Shown: positions 1 through 12,206, counted from the first letter of the whole stretch. The stretch: DNA of 63,701 nucleotides, filler included, from Licmophora abbreviata (GCA_900291995.1; 12 parts of 12 records of this genome joined end to end with filler, not necessarily neighbours in it), one strand, 5' to 3'. The notes: generated by a model from the letters alone, not told the origin. A program made the numbers and translations.

Positions 1-720
1 GAAACACTGCATGGCTACGCGGTAGTCTTAGATGGAGAAAGACGGAACTCCCGCTATGTTTGTGGAGTGCGGTTCATTGCCTTACCTTCTGACTGGGTGT
101 AGAACAGCTGGACAGTCGGTACGGAATGTTCACTTCGCGACTCTATGGAAACCCTTCGACGCGATAGGGTCTTGCGGCGCATCGTCGGCGCTCGGTTTGC
201 AAATGCTTTTTCCGATCCAAGCTTCTTTCTTGGGAGCCCCCCTTGCTCAGTGCAGGATGATTATGCTGAGGGAGAATGTAAACGAGCGAACCAAGGGTAG
301 GCATCAGTCGTCGGGTATGCTATAGACGATGAGCATCAAGCATCCCTCTCCTTTCTGCAATCCAAGGGCACAGCTTTCTCGAAAATCATCGGATCGCTTG
401 AGCGCGACCAAACTGACCATCGCGCTTCACCGCAATTGCGACAACCTTATGAAAGGGAAAAGTGTACTAAGAATAGAATAAGCAAGAGCCATATGACACG
501 GGCATTGTGCAAACTATAATTGTGATATGCTACAGTGAGCTGGTCTATCCAGGTAGCCCGAAAAAATAGACCTGATTCATCTTCGACTTTGGATACGATC
601 CATGACAACATTGGTTACATGGTCCACAACGCAAACCATGTCGAATCAAGGTAGTTCACAGTTCTGAGAATCAAAATGAATGCAGAGCACTCATCGCAAA
701 CAATGGCGCTAGTGCTCTGA

Positions 721-2232
721 CTACTCTGCTTCCTCTTCTGCCGACTCCGGCTCTTCCGGAACAGGATCCTTCATGTCCAAGTAACTCTTGTCGAAAAAGT
801 GCAATCGAATGTACCCATCCTCCGCCCCACTCGCGTAACTTCGTCCATCTGGATTGATGGCAAGCGCATTGATGGGTCCAAAGTGACCCTTGACACAGCC
901 GAATTCCTCTTCGTACACCAAATGGAAGAATCGAGTCTCAAACTTACCGACCTTTCCGGCCGTAGTCGTGACGCTCATCGCTTCCTGCCCCCCGCCCAGC
1001 AAGATATGATCTTTTTGCTCGGAAATGACAGCATCGTTCACCGGCCGGTCTGTCTTGTATGTCTTCAAGTGTTTCATGTCGACAGCATCGAAAAGTCTCG
1101 ACGTAAAGTCGGCTGAGCTCGTAATGAACAAGGTCTTGTCCTTGTTGAAAGACACACGGTTAATCTTCTTCTCATGCGCAAAGAATTCTTCCAACTCGTC
1201 TCCCGTCACAGGATCATACAAACGGATTGCGCCGTTATCAAAGGTCACAAACAAGGCTTCGTTCAGCGGCATCCATACAATGTTTGTGGCGTTGACCCGC
1301 TTGCTGTTGACCTTTGGCAAGTCGATCACCAATCGTGGCGTAGTATCGACTGACGTTGCGTCAGGAGGCACATCATATACACTGATGCAGGCATTGTGTT
1401 CCACAAAGGGGTCAGAAATGGTAGCAAACATGTGGGAGCCTTCGGCCCAGGCGGCACCGCGGACGGGACCGCGGTGAGAAAATGTCTCGAGACATTCACC
1501 GGTCTCGCAAGACCACATCTTGGCAGTTCTGTGTAGTGTCCACACAATGAAAGTAGGAGGGGACAAACGGCCATGAGAATCGAGAGACGCACAAGGGATA
1601 AAAGGGAGATGTATTCATGCAGACGTACGCATCGGCAGAGGCAGTCACAAGTCTGGTGCTGAATCGGTCACAATCCAGATCCCAAATGGTTCCTAAAAGC
1701 GGTAGCAGTAGAAAAGCAGTGGTACACCAGAAAGGTGAATTCAGTCTGATTCAACAGAACTAACACATCGCCAGGGGTGACACACACAAAGCCACCTTTC
1801 TTACCCTTGTGGCCATTGAATGTGCCTAGTCGATCTCCACCTTCGGCTCTCCATACGCTAGGGACATGATCCTTGGAGGCTGTGAACAAGAGATCGCCGT
1901 CGTAGTTGTACTTGACGACCGTTATGGAGCGTTCGTGCCCTTTCAACAAGATGGGTCTCTGCGATTTTCAATGAGAGGGCAAAGAGATCATTGTAAGTCA
2001 AAGAAATACTATAGCAAAGCAAGGTGCGAAGCTATGTGATGCGAGACGTGTGTGGGACAGAGCACAGGCTGTGTGCGCTGCGCTGGGAAGAAGCGTTTTT
2101 GACGATTCTGGCTGGAATCTTGTCCAATTGCACTCCGATTGGTCTCTTTCTGGTTTCTCTTATGAATGTGTATATCCTTGACAGTGACATCGTCCACACA
2201 GACGCTTCCGATGCGTCGCAATTGCTCACCAT
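721..2232 (-). CDS. EIF3I: Eukaryotic translation initiation factor 3 subunit I (WD40), 4 exons
   Basis: Spliced product reads [31 protein letters not shown]...[30 protein letters not shown], the eIF3i/TIF34 signature. Exons approx. 2230-2232 (ATG only), 1805-1958, 1629-1692 and 721-1528, all with GT-AG junctions. Confidence 0.96.
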
Positions 2233-2629
2233 GGTGACAACGACGCCGTGATGATTCCAAATGAAAAGATTCTCAGTCGTTGTGCGGCTGTGAGCGCAAG
2301 GCTCATGACCAAATTGAAAATGGCATCACGTTGCGTTAGAATTTAAGTCTGTCCGTGGACATTATCCTCCAATGCAAGCAAAACTTAACCGATACGTATC
2401 CTACCGGCAGAGCAACTGGTCTCTCTTGGAAGAATGAATCAATTTGACTACCGTTCCTGATATTGCTTAGGTTGGGAGAGGCTGTCGCTGTGGGAACAGA
2501 GACATAAATTAAAACGAATGTTCAGTTCGGCACTTCGTGCAAGCTCTATTCTAAATTTTCATACACCATTGGAACTCATTACATTTAGAGATTTTGATCT
2601 ACATCGGTCGTGATTTCGATTGCAAACAG

Positions 2630-4741
2630 TTAGGCCTCGGCTAGGTCGTGCTTACGCCTTTGACGCCCTCCTGCACCCCTAAAAGATTGCGAAGCCAGGC
2701 CGTCGCTCTCCTGTCGCAATCTTGACTTTGCTTTTTCCAGATAAGACTTGCTCGCCGCATTGTCGGGGTCGTAGCTCAGCGCCGTCGTGTACGCTTCGAT
2801 CGCGCCCTCGTAGTCTGCCATGAAGAACCTCGAAAGTCCCAGTCGAGCGTGTGCCTTGCCGTACGTTGGTTGAAGCGCCAGACTGCGTAACGAGTCAGCC
2901 TCCGCCTCTTCATATTGTTCCAAATAGCATAAAGCGGCCGCTCGATTCGAAAAGTACACATGGGAGTTTTCCCCCTTGGGACAAAGCTCAATGGCCATCG
3001 AGTACGATTGCATGGCCCCTTGATAGTCTCGACTTGCCATGAAAGCATTTCCCTGTAGCTTGTGCTTCTCTGCCTCTCGTTCGTTCACAATCCTCTTGCG
3101 TTCTTCTGCATCTTCTACTGATTCGCCGATGTCTGTCTTGCCCCACTCACTTGCGATTGAGAATCCCGACGCTCCGCTGCGGCCCTTCCCGCCACCTGTT
3201 TCCTGCGCCGCTACACGCCTGGCTGCCTTTTCCAAATAGGTTCGACTACTCTTGTTGTCAGGATCGTATTTGAGGCTGACTGTATACGCCTCGACCGCAT
3301 GCCTGTAGTCTCCCAACAAGAAATGCGCTAACCCCAAACGGGCGTGCGCCTTGGCGTATGTTGGATGCAGTGCCAAACTCCGTTCCGAGTCCACAATTGC
3401 ATCATGAAACTGTCGCAAACTCAAATGCGCTGCCGCGCGATTGCTAAAGTACACATGGGACTGTGGTCCACTGGGAGACAGTTTCAGCGCGGCCGTGTAC
3501 GAGTCCACAGCCAAAGCATACTCTTTCTGTTGCATATGAGCATTGCCTTTCTGCTTGAGATGCTCGGCTTCATCTTCGTCGTCCGGGTGTGTAGGAGACA
3601 AAGGATTGGTGAACGCATTGATTTTTCGAGTCGCCGACGTAACGACCGACATGCCGACCGAAAAGTCATCATCCATGCGGCTCATGGCTGGCGCAAGCGC
3701 ATCGTTCGCCCGAGGCGTCCGCTCGCGCGTAGGAGGCGGATACGCATCCTCCACACTAGACATCTTCAACTCGTCCGGAAGCACTCGTTCCATTTTGAGA
3801 CGACGTTGAGCAACAAACCGCTCGGCTTTCTCCTGGGCCACCTGCTGCGCATCAGTCTGTCCCGTCATCTGCAGGTCGTTCCACGCTTTCGCCGCCAGTT
3901 TTGTTCGAAACTTCATTACAACCTTCTCGTAGCGCTCATCATATAGCGACTTTTCCCGAGCTGCATCCTTGGTGGCAGCACTATCCGGATCGACAATGTC
4001 CCGGAAAAATCCCTTCTTTTCGACTGCCGCGACGAACTGTTCAAAGAGAGGAGATGCAATCATCTCTTGTTCGGCTTGGTGACGAGATCGCACCTGAAGA
4101 GATGTCATCCCGGCAACCAAAAGTTCGGGAAGAGAGACGCTGGGTGTCTCACAAGCCAGTCCGTCGAAAGCATAGAGACGATCCTGGTTGCTGGGATGTG
4201 TGTCGTTGTAGGCATACCACGAGTCTGGGTAGGCATCAGTGTCAGTGGCATTAGAATTGTCCACTGGTTGTTTCGGATAAAACAATTCCTCGTTAATTTT
4301 GGTGAGATTGGGAATGGCAATCCAGTTTTCCGAGGATCTCGGATCTTCCCGAGGAAATAGTGCGTTGGGAGCAGAGAGCTCATTTGCGATGCCAAAATCG
4401 AAGCGACAGTCGTTGGGTGACGCCAGTGTGTTCTCGGTCGACGATTCAGTGTGGTTGTAGTCTGGAAGGGCTCTGCTCAAAGCATAAATGGCGACACTAA
4501 GGTAGTCGGCCTTCAATCCATGTTGCTGCTGTAGATCATTGGGTTTGACGTAGGATCGCCTCAAATCCCGGAGATAGTCTAGACAGAGCAAAACCATCTG
4601 GGGTTCCGATGGACCAAAGCACTCTTCGGCGTCGTCGTCGGAAACTTCAGTATTGTATCGGTAGGCAGTGTCATCCTGCACAGGTCGACGAGAGGTATCA
4701 ACTGCCGGGTCGTTTCGACGGTGTGCAACGCTGCTCGCCAT
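2630..4741 (-). CDS. TPR co-chaperone, SGT/SGTA-like, with two duplicated 3-TPR modules
   Basis: 703-aa ORF. Two near-identical blocks (KxxGN...SHVYFSNRAAA...PTYxKAHARLGL...YDPDN) follow an FEQFVAAVEKKGFF...YEKVVMKF segment reminiscent of SGT-like proteins. Confidence 0.85.
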   Translation of the reverse strand: MASSVAHRRNDPAVDTSRRPVQDDTAYRYNTEVSDDDAEECFGPSEPQMVLLCLDYLRDLRRSYVKPNDLQQQHGLKADYLSVAIYALSRALPDYNHTESSTENTLASPNDCRFDFGIANELSAPNALFPREDPRSSENWIAIPNLTKINEELFYPKQPVDNSNATDTDAYPDSWYAYNDTHPSNQDRLYAFDGLACETPSVSLPELLVAGMTSLQVRSRHQAEQEMIASPLFEQFVAAVEKKGFFRDIVDPDSAATKDAAREKSLYDERYEKVVMKFRTKLAAKAWNDLQMTGQTDAQQVAQEKAERFVAQRRLKMERVLPDELKMSSVEDAYPPPTRERTPRANDALAPAMSRMDDDFSVGMSVVTSATRKINAFTNPLSPTHPDDEDEAEHLKQKGNAHMQQKEYALAVDSYTAALKLSPSGPQSHVYFSNRAAAHLSLRQFHDAIVDSERSLALHPTYAKAHARLGLAHFLLGDYRHAVEAYTVSLKYDPDNKSSRTYLEKAARRVAAQETGGGKGRSGASGFSIASEWGKTDIGESVEDAEERKRIVNEREAEKHKLQGNAFMASRDYQGAMQSYSMAIELCPKGENSHVYFSNRAAALCYLEQYEEAEADSLRSLALQPTYGKAHARLGLSRFFMADYEGAIEAYTTALSYDPDNAASKSYLEKAKSRLRQESDGLASQSFRGAGGRQRRKHDLAEA

Positions 4742-5209
4742 TCTGTTTTTGCTTCTGTTGATGTTGCTACTAAGTCTGTCGTTTGCGAAGTTCTCTTCTT
4801 AGTTTGAGTGCGCGATCGAGGGCTCGAAATCACAATTACGTCTCTCGACGATGGATGATGTATTTCGATAGAGATGTGGAGACCGACCAGAATTATTTCT
4901 CTCTTGACGCCGTGAGGTCGATGATGATCAACCTTTTTGCTGCTGTTCCGCGACGTCTGCTTGTGCCTCTCGCTTTTGTGCTGTCATTGTGGTTGTGTGC
5001 AGCGCCTGCCTGTTCACATCATCATCCCCATGGCCCCGATCCTGGAAAAGTGAGCATCGCTGCATGTTTGGAATAAAATCAGTATACTTAGTTCTTATTT
5101 TCATATTGGAGTGTATATACATTCGCATGATTGAGTTTTGGCATGCCTCGCTGCGGAATCGCCAATGATCTATTCAAATCTATAAAAAGCTATCCCAGTT
5201 TCAAATCGA

Positions 5210-5272
5210 GCGCGCCAAAACTCGTACTAGGTCCATTTAGTCGAGGGAGTCCATAAAAAGGGCGCGCCAGAA
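5210..5272. promoter_or_regulatory. Two E2F-like elements in the divergent TPR/RAD21 promoter
   Basis: GCGCGCCAAAA (5210-5220) matches the reverse complement of the E2F consensus TTTSSCGC. GGCGCGCCAGAA (5261-5272) is a near match. Confidence 0.4.
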
Positions 5273-5638
5273 TCGAATGTCTAGTGGTTACAGTAGTGAA
5301 ATGAACGTAGAAGTAACGTAGAAGAGGAGTGCTGCCACAAAGCCCATTGCAAAGACGGCCTTGTGTGTTTCTCTCGCATCTCTTGCGTTGTAGCTTCGAA
5401 AAACAGTCTCTGTCACCAAAGGATAGAGGGCAGTGAGCAGAGTCGGTGAGTCGCGCGAGAGTAGCCCTTGGAAACGCGTCGATGGATCGAGAATCGAGAA
5501 TCGAGGATGATGTGATCTGCGTCGTCTGCGGCGTCATTGTCACCACACTCTCACACTGTCAGCGTCGTGACTCTGTGGATTCTCCGTTGTCTGTCTTTAG
5601 TCTCGCCCGTCAAGAAGACACCATCACCATCCGCCGCC

Positions 5639-7950
5639 ATGTTCTACTCGCAAGTCATTCTAGCCAAGAAAGGCCCTCTCGGAAAGGTCTGGCTCGCCGC
5701 ACATTGGGGCGACAAGAAGCTCGGTCGCCCGCAGATCTTTAGTACCAACATCAGTGACTCCGTCGAGCACATTATGCACCCTGCAGCGCCTCTTGCGCTT
5801 CGCGTCAGCGGACATTTGCTTCTCGGTGTCGTGCGCATCTACTCGCGTCAAGTGCACTACGTCCTGCAGGACTGCCACGAAGCCATGATCAAAATCAAGC
5901 TTGCCTTTCGGACCGACAACAAGAAGACTGGTGTGGGCGTGGACGGGGAGGCGGTCGACATGCAGAAGACTCGCAAGTCGTCTGGTAACAATGCCAACGC
6001 CAATGCAGACACTGCGGCTGGTCTACATGTTGCCAACTTTGGAGAGTTCTTACTGGAAGGAGGGGGCGTCTTGGGCGCAGATCTCGCTGCCTCTGGCGGT
6101 GCCGCTACCACCATCGATACCGCCATGCCTTTTCTGATTCCCCTCGAACTGCCCTTGAACAACGCTGCCGCCGCACCCACGTCTGAATGGGTCCTGGCCG
6201 AAGACTTTGATGGCTTTCGTGCGACGCAAGACACGGACGCCAACATTTTGGACACCACCCTCGACAGTGCTCTCTACGACACGACGGCACGTCGCTACCA
6301 AGATGACGACGACATGCTGCCGTTTGATCCCGACGAGGAGGACTTGGAAGATCGCCACGTCTTTGACGATACTCTCAATACGAGCAAGGACGTTAGCGAC
6401 GTGGAAATGGTCCGAGCGGCCGATCGCAGCAAGGACAGCAGCGGCCTCTTTAGTACCACGAGTGGCACTCGGGGACCATCTTTGTTGGGCAACACAAACA
6501 AGGGCGCGCATCGTGCTCTCTCAGACGATGAAGATGATGATATGCATCCCATGCTGGATGACGACGAAGAAGACAATGTCTTTCGGGGTGGTGCGACGCG
6601 AGACTCGTCTCTGCTAGCGCCGTTGGATACCAACTCGAGTGCAGGGCGTGGTCGCGACAGCGGTTCCAGTTGGGGGATTGGATGACTCGATCGATCCGAC
6701 GACGGCCACCAAGCCCAAGGCCAAGCGCAAGAAAGCTCCCACTGGCCCAAGGCGCTTGAAAAAGCGTCGCAAGGTCGTGGTCGACAACGGGGAGACGCAG
6801 ATGACCAGCACGCACATCAAGGAGATGCTCAAGGATACCAGCGATATCGTCATGGACTATGTGCCCTATCCCAGCGATTGGGTCGAAGGTGATCACGGTG
6901 CAATTTCTTCTCGGAACAAAGTGCACTTGGATAGAGTCCTTGCTCCCGACAAGCTATGGCGGCGTCCCAATCTAGCAGACGATGGACACTTGGCTCCGGA
7001 GCTATTACAAGTATGGGAGCGCAATACAACTACATACAGTGGGAAGCCCTATCCGTTCCGTATGCGCGGGGCCGCCAGAGAGCTGCAGCGACAAGAGCTT
7101 GCTCAGCAGCTCATGCAAGGAGCAGCCCATGACGAAGATGTCGAACAGGGACGTGCCGCGACGCATGAAGCTTTTGATGACGACGATGACATTGCTCCGC
7201 CCCAGGACGAGGACGACGACATGATGCCCATGCAACAAGACGATGAGTTTGAAGATCAAGACGTAGAGGTGCCGCTATTTGACGACGACGACGATGATGC
7301 ACTGCCAGCCGACAACAGCAACAGTGTCTCTGACGACTTTGCAGCCGACATGGCGGCCATGGCCTCCGATGATGCAAGTATCAAGTCTCAAGAATCGACA
7401 CTGTCTCTAGGAGCGGTGAACGCCTTGGGCGATGACGACGGTACAAATGCCACTNNNNNNNNNNNNNNNNNNNNNNNNNNNNNNNNNNNNNNNNNNNNTT
7501 AATTAATTAANNNNNNNNNNNNNNNNNNNNNNNNNNNNNNNNNNNNNNNNNNNNCCACTACCTCCAAGTGGCACAAGCACACGGTCAAGGTCCTCGCTAT
7601 GTTGCATCGAAACATGGCATCTCCTGATACCCATGTCGAGGCAGGAAGCGAGGAAGCGCCCAAGCCGACGTCATTGAGCTACGATTCGCTCAGCAAGGGT
7701 TGTTCGCGTCGCACGGCATCAAGCGTCTTTTTTGAACTTTTGCAATTGAAGGTATGCACAGCGGGCTGCTTTTGTATCGATCGTTTGCAAACGTCGAGAG
7801 TTCGCCTAACAGTTTGGTCTCTATCTTTGCTCCTTCACTATGTTCAATTCGAAGACGTGGGACTTTATCGAGCTCGACCAAGACGAGAGTTACGGCGACA
7901 TCACAATTGCCACAGCAAAGAGGTTCAACGAGAGCCCCCCGACGCACTAG
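5639..7950 (+). CDS. RAD21: Cohesin kleisin subunit Rad21/Scc1 (apparent frameshift near 6672, assembly gap, one 3' intron)
   Basis: N-terminal [23 protein letters not shown]...[19 protein letters not shown] (Rad21_Rec8_N). C-terminal [34 protein letters not shown] winged-helix motif, intron approx. 7752-7854, stop TAG at 7948-7950. The frame changes at a G5 run. Confidence 0.95.
7455..7554. other. Artificial assembly spacer N44-TTAATTAATTAA-N44 (inside RAD21)
   Basis: 100-nt N run containing a six-frame stop linker. Confidence 0.97.
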
Positions 7951-8491
7951 ACCTCGAAGAACGTTGGATCCGACGATTTCGGGCACGAGAAATGTCAAGC
8001 ATTACATACCTCGCGGAGGAGAAGGTAGAGCGCACATGCAGGGGTAGTGTAGAGCAGCCGTCTTTTCTTGGTAGTACAGTGTCATATCAGAATTTGTTCG
8101 CCTCTAGAGTACTACTAGCTTGGGTGGCTACCTCTCCTGTTGCCGCAGTCGTATTGGAATTGAGATTGAGATCAAGTCCCTCACGCTCCGGCCAAAATGG
8201 AGGACATTGGCGATTACGATGCTGTCCTAGGGTATTGTTATTTACACCACGCACGTCATGGATGGGGAACGCGTTTCCCTCATGGCATGAAAATCTACAT
8301 GCGGGTATTCGGCTACGCACGATGGAGAGGCGCATTGATGATTGGATGCACGATCGATGAGTACGCAAGTTCCTGCAAAGGAGAAGCTAATGAAAACGAA
8401 ACGGTCCTTTGAAATTGGACTTTTGTATTGCTCTTCTAAGCTTACCCTTGCCGTAACCTCAAGCTGAGTTGAAGGGCGCGATGGTTCGGAA

Positions 8492-9507
8492 TCATTTCTG
8501 GGAATCTTCGTCTTCCTCGTCATTCCAGTCTTCTTCTGACGTCAAGGATCCAACCGCACATTCAGAGCCAATCTCCGAGCCCGCCGTCACGGACGAAGCA
8601 GCCGAGTCTCTCTTCGTAAGCCCCCTCACTTGGTCGCCTAGTGGACGGGGCGGCGTTCCAGCTACGGCAGGACCCACCACAGGGGACGGCGGGGGCTTCT
8701 TCAAAAGGGGCACCCCCGTCGGTCTCTTTTTGACTACAGCTGGTGCTTTGGACTCCATCGTAATAGAGGAAGAGGTTCCCCCTTCTTTTCCTAATCGAAC
8801 ATGGATCTTTTCACCCTCCTTGAGAGTCAATTTGCTCATGGCCGCACCAATCGACGAGGTTGCCGACGCCCCAATCTGCTTCTCCTGCTCCTGGTGCTGT
8901 CGATGCTCCGCTTGTTCGTATGCTTCATGCAACTTATCCGCTTGTATGGATCTCAATACGGATTGTTCAAAATCTTGCAAGGCCAGTCGGAAGTTACTGG
9001 CATCGTCGCGTTCTCGAAATCCCATGCCCACATGTGCGACGCGCGAGGTTTGCGCATCGGAAATACGCAAGACAAAGTAGCGAGACGAATCGACGACGCT
9101 ATCGCAAAAGTGAGAGACTCGTTTGGCAGCCGTGTCGAGCGTCATGGTGCACTGTGCAAAGAGGGAGGAGGCCGTACTAGCATCGTTGGCATCGTCCGTG
9201 CCCGACGAGAGAAGCTGCACAAAGCAGGTGTCGGCATCGTCGCGCTGGACGACCAACGAGCACGTTCGCAGCGGCTTGGCCAGATCCCAGTCTTCCGCTC
9301 TACCAATGGATCGATCGATTGATCGATAGAAAGTGATGTTGTGAGATGACTCCTAATAGAAGTACAGAATTTCAATCGTAGGCCCGTACTCGCAATGGCC
9401 GCGTACCTGTGACCCCCGGCAGTCTTGAGTGGGGGGATCTTGTAGACGAACACTTCCTCCACGCCCAGCAGCTTGATTTTAATGCTCGTGGCTTCCTCTC
9501 CGGACAT
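8492..9507 (-). CDS. NECAP: Adaptin ear-binding coat-associated protein (NECAP, PHear domain), 2 exons
   Basis: EVFVYKIPP...GGHR|AEDWDL...DSVVDSSRYFVLRISD...HVGMGFRERDDASNF...LTLKEGEKIHV. Intron approx. 9300-9406. Confidence 0.93.
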
Positions 9508-9834
9508 GGCAGCGGGGAATCAGTGAACGAACGACACGCTGGAGTGGCTGCTAAGACTTTCAACTTGGAAAATGTGTAGCGACACTCTAGATCGCATCAC
9601 ATCAGCCACGACATCACTCTCGTCGGTAGTCACTTTTTTCTTTTTGGTCTCATCATACGGATCGCGGATAGACGCCGGGATGATGGCGGACCACACAAAA
9701 ACATAAAAACATTTCGAACATTTCTTTGGTGTTAGTTTTTGCAGACTTGCTCGTATTTCATTCAAGCTCTCGTCATGATGTCGACACAACCATAGCAGCG
9801 GCCACACTATAGCTTCCCTGTCGACACACCAACA

Positions 9835-10680
9835 ATGGAAAGCAAAACGGGAAGCAACAGTGGAGAGCAGGAGGAGGAATCCCAAAGTCCGACACAGCCA
9901 CCAACAGAAGATGCTGATGCCGCCGTCACATCGACCAAACGCAAGCGAAAACGAAAACGCAAAAACAACAAGTCGGCGGACCTGACAACAGCCGAGGACG
10001 CGTCGCAAGCGTCCAAGCGCACTTCCTTGAACCATTCCGTCTACGTAGAAGGTATTCCGTTTACTGCATCCGAAGACGACGTGCGCGCTTTCTTTGCAGA
10101 CAACGCATGTGGCGATATTCTCGAAATGCGGCTGCCGCGGTGGCAAGATTCGGGGCGTCTTCGGGGATACGGACATGTCGTGTTTGATTCGGAAACATCC
10201 CGTCAAAAGGCTATAGAAGAACTCAATGGAAGGAACCTCGGACAACGATACCTCACCATCAAAGAACCCAAGGCGCCTAGAGAAGACACGACGCAGGGCG
10301 CTGCGAGTCAGCGTCAAGTTCGTTCGCAGCCAGATGGTTGCAAGGTAGTATTCGTCAAGAATCTTCCGTATGAAGCGTCGGAAGAAGATATCTGGGAGAG
10401 TTTTCATGTGTGTGGCAAGATTCTAGACGGTGGTGTTAGGGTTGCGCGAAACTACCAGACGCAGCAGTCCAAGGGCTTCTGCTACGTTGAGTTCAAGAAT
10501 CCAGAGGGGGCCTATAGTGCAGTGCAAAAAGCGTCCAAGCCATTTGGCATGACGGTTCATGGACGTCCTTGCTTTGTGGACTACGAAGAGGGTACCATGA
10601 AGGGATCCTACAAGACCAAGGAGGGACGCTTGTGGGCAAAAGAGTACAAACCTTCTGACAAGAGGAGTAGGACGCGATAA
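9835..10680 (+). CDS. Two-RRM RNA-binding protein, nucleolin/NOP13-like
   Basis: RNP2/RNP1 motifs occur twice (VYVEGIP...RGYGHVVF; VFVKNLP...KGFCYVEF). Basic NLS KRKRKRKRK. Confidence 0.9.
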   Translation: MESKTGSNSGEQEEESQSPTQPPTEDADAAVTSTKRKRKRKRKNNKSADLTTAEDASQASKRTSLNHSVYVEGIPFTASEDDVRAFFADNACGDILEMRLPRWQDSGRLRGYGHVVFDSETSRQKAIEELNGRNLGQRYLTIKEPKAPREDTTQGAASQRQVRSQPDGCKVVFVKNLPYEASEEDIWESFHVCGKILDGGVRVARNYQTQQSKGFCYVEFKNPEGAYSAVQKASKPFGMTVHGRPCFVDYEEGTMKGSYKTKEGRLWAKEYKPSDKRSRTR

Positions 10681-10713
10681 TTATTACCTCTACTAATTGT
10701 AGCCATTCACACA

Positions 10714-11933
10714 TTACATCATATCGTCGTCGTCGTCGTCGTACACCTCATCACTGTCATACTCACGGTCGTAGTCATTACTGTCATCTTTGTCGTCCTC
10801 CAAATCATTCAAGTCGTCATTGTCGTCGTAATCATCGTATTCCTCCTCCTCCTCCTCCTCTTTAGTCACTCGCTTTCTCGCCATGACACGTCTCCGTGCT
10901 ACAAACGTTCCCACTTTACGCGACCCCCCTCCACCTCTCCATAAGCCTCCTTTGCGCACTTCATAGATATTCCCTACAATCTTGATGACGCTCGAATCCG
11001 CCAGCTTGCGTCGAAAGTATCCCTTGTATCGCATAAGTACAGGTTCCCTGTCGTTGGGACCTTGAAAGGCACGAGCTTCAAACTCGACCATGCATGACTT
11101 TGGCCAAGATCTTTCTTTGAACAAAAAGGTGGATTCGAAAGTATCTTCTTGGTATTTGGTGAGCACCAGTCCACGAGGAGTAAACTCAACATTAGCAGCG
11201 CAAGATATGGACGGGCCATCCGGTGTTCCGACTGGATCAGATTCGATGGGGAGTGAAATCGCAATAGAGACTCGTCATGAGCACGGAGCGCGGCATCCAA
11301 TCTTTACTTGTATATGTCAAAGTGACTATCGACTCACCTTGTTGGTCCAGCCGCCAAACTCCCCAAACTTCTGGACGAGACACGTGTTTGGGACTGACCA
11401 AGTAATACGCTGCCTTTCCGGAGGACTTTAGAGTCGTGGAAGCCACCGTTCGTTGTGAGACCAACCGTTTTCTGTGCCAAACTGGCCGCTGATGACAGCG
11501 CTGATGGGCCACGACGTCGTCGATCGTTATACTTCCCTTGCCGGGACGGTGGTGGATGGCGATTCGGTAAGGATCGTCGCGGTGGCGATCTTGGGTGTTG
11601 CGGTCGCGGTGGCGGAACAAACTCTTCGTCGTATTCTTCGTATTCCTCTGTATCGTTCTCATAGGCATCATCGTCGTCCTGCAGTTGCCAGCCTCCGCGA
11701 TCGACACGCCAACAGACACCATCTTTGCAAACGACTTTGTCTTGTTCGTTACACGCTTGTTTCAAGTCTGGCTTCGTCTGATTCTTGGAAAAGAGCACGG
11801 CAGGTGATGATGATGATGACACCATTCCAAAGAGAGCAGCGGCACGGCCTTGACACACTTCCAGCCAGCACCCCAAATTCAGAGCCAACAGCAGCAGAGA
11901 ATTGACATCCTTGTGACAGCGATACGTTGGCAT
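10714..11933 (-). CDS. Hypothetical protein with signal-peptide-like N-terminus and acidic tail (one intron, one apparent frameshift)
   Basis: ORFs 11334-11933, 11237-11722 and 10714-11166 can be joined through a frame change near 11450 and a GTGAGT...CAG intron (approx. 11233-11338). This gives ...KAAYYLVSPKHVSRPEVWGVWRLDQQ|VGTPDGPSISCAANVEFTPRG... Confidence 0.6.
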
Positions 11934-11967
11934 GGTCGATTTTTATAAACGTACGATAGGGGGACGA

Positions 11968-11995
11968 TTGTGTTGTGTTGTGTTGTGTTGTGTTG
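11968..11995. repeat. (TGTTG)n pentanucleotide microsatellite
   Basis: ttgtgttgtgttgtgttgtgttgtgttg, about 5.5 copies. Confidence 0.9.
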
Positions 11996-12206
11996 AGAAC
12001 TCTGTGCGTCTATCAGCTTGGGCCATCATGGTCTGAATGAAGCCCAAACAAAACGCGTCAATCTCCAGTACGTAGTATCAATCTGATGCCACGGGGCGCG
12101 CCATCAGGAAGTCACGAGTTTCATCAGTCACGAGTAAAAAATTGGTCTGTATAGCGTCCCGCGGATGATGACGGAGAGGCGGCATCGAAACAATAAGAGG
12201 CTGCGT

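Noticed and set aside
1..330. Possible gene fragment at the window start
   Set aside because: No frame on either strand gives a recognisable or convincingly long product.
6683..6685. TGA in RAD21 as selenocysteine or readthrough
   Set aside because: The conserved downstream sequence ([12 protein letters not shown]) is in a different frame, so readthrough would not restore it.
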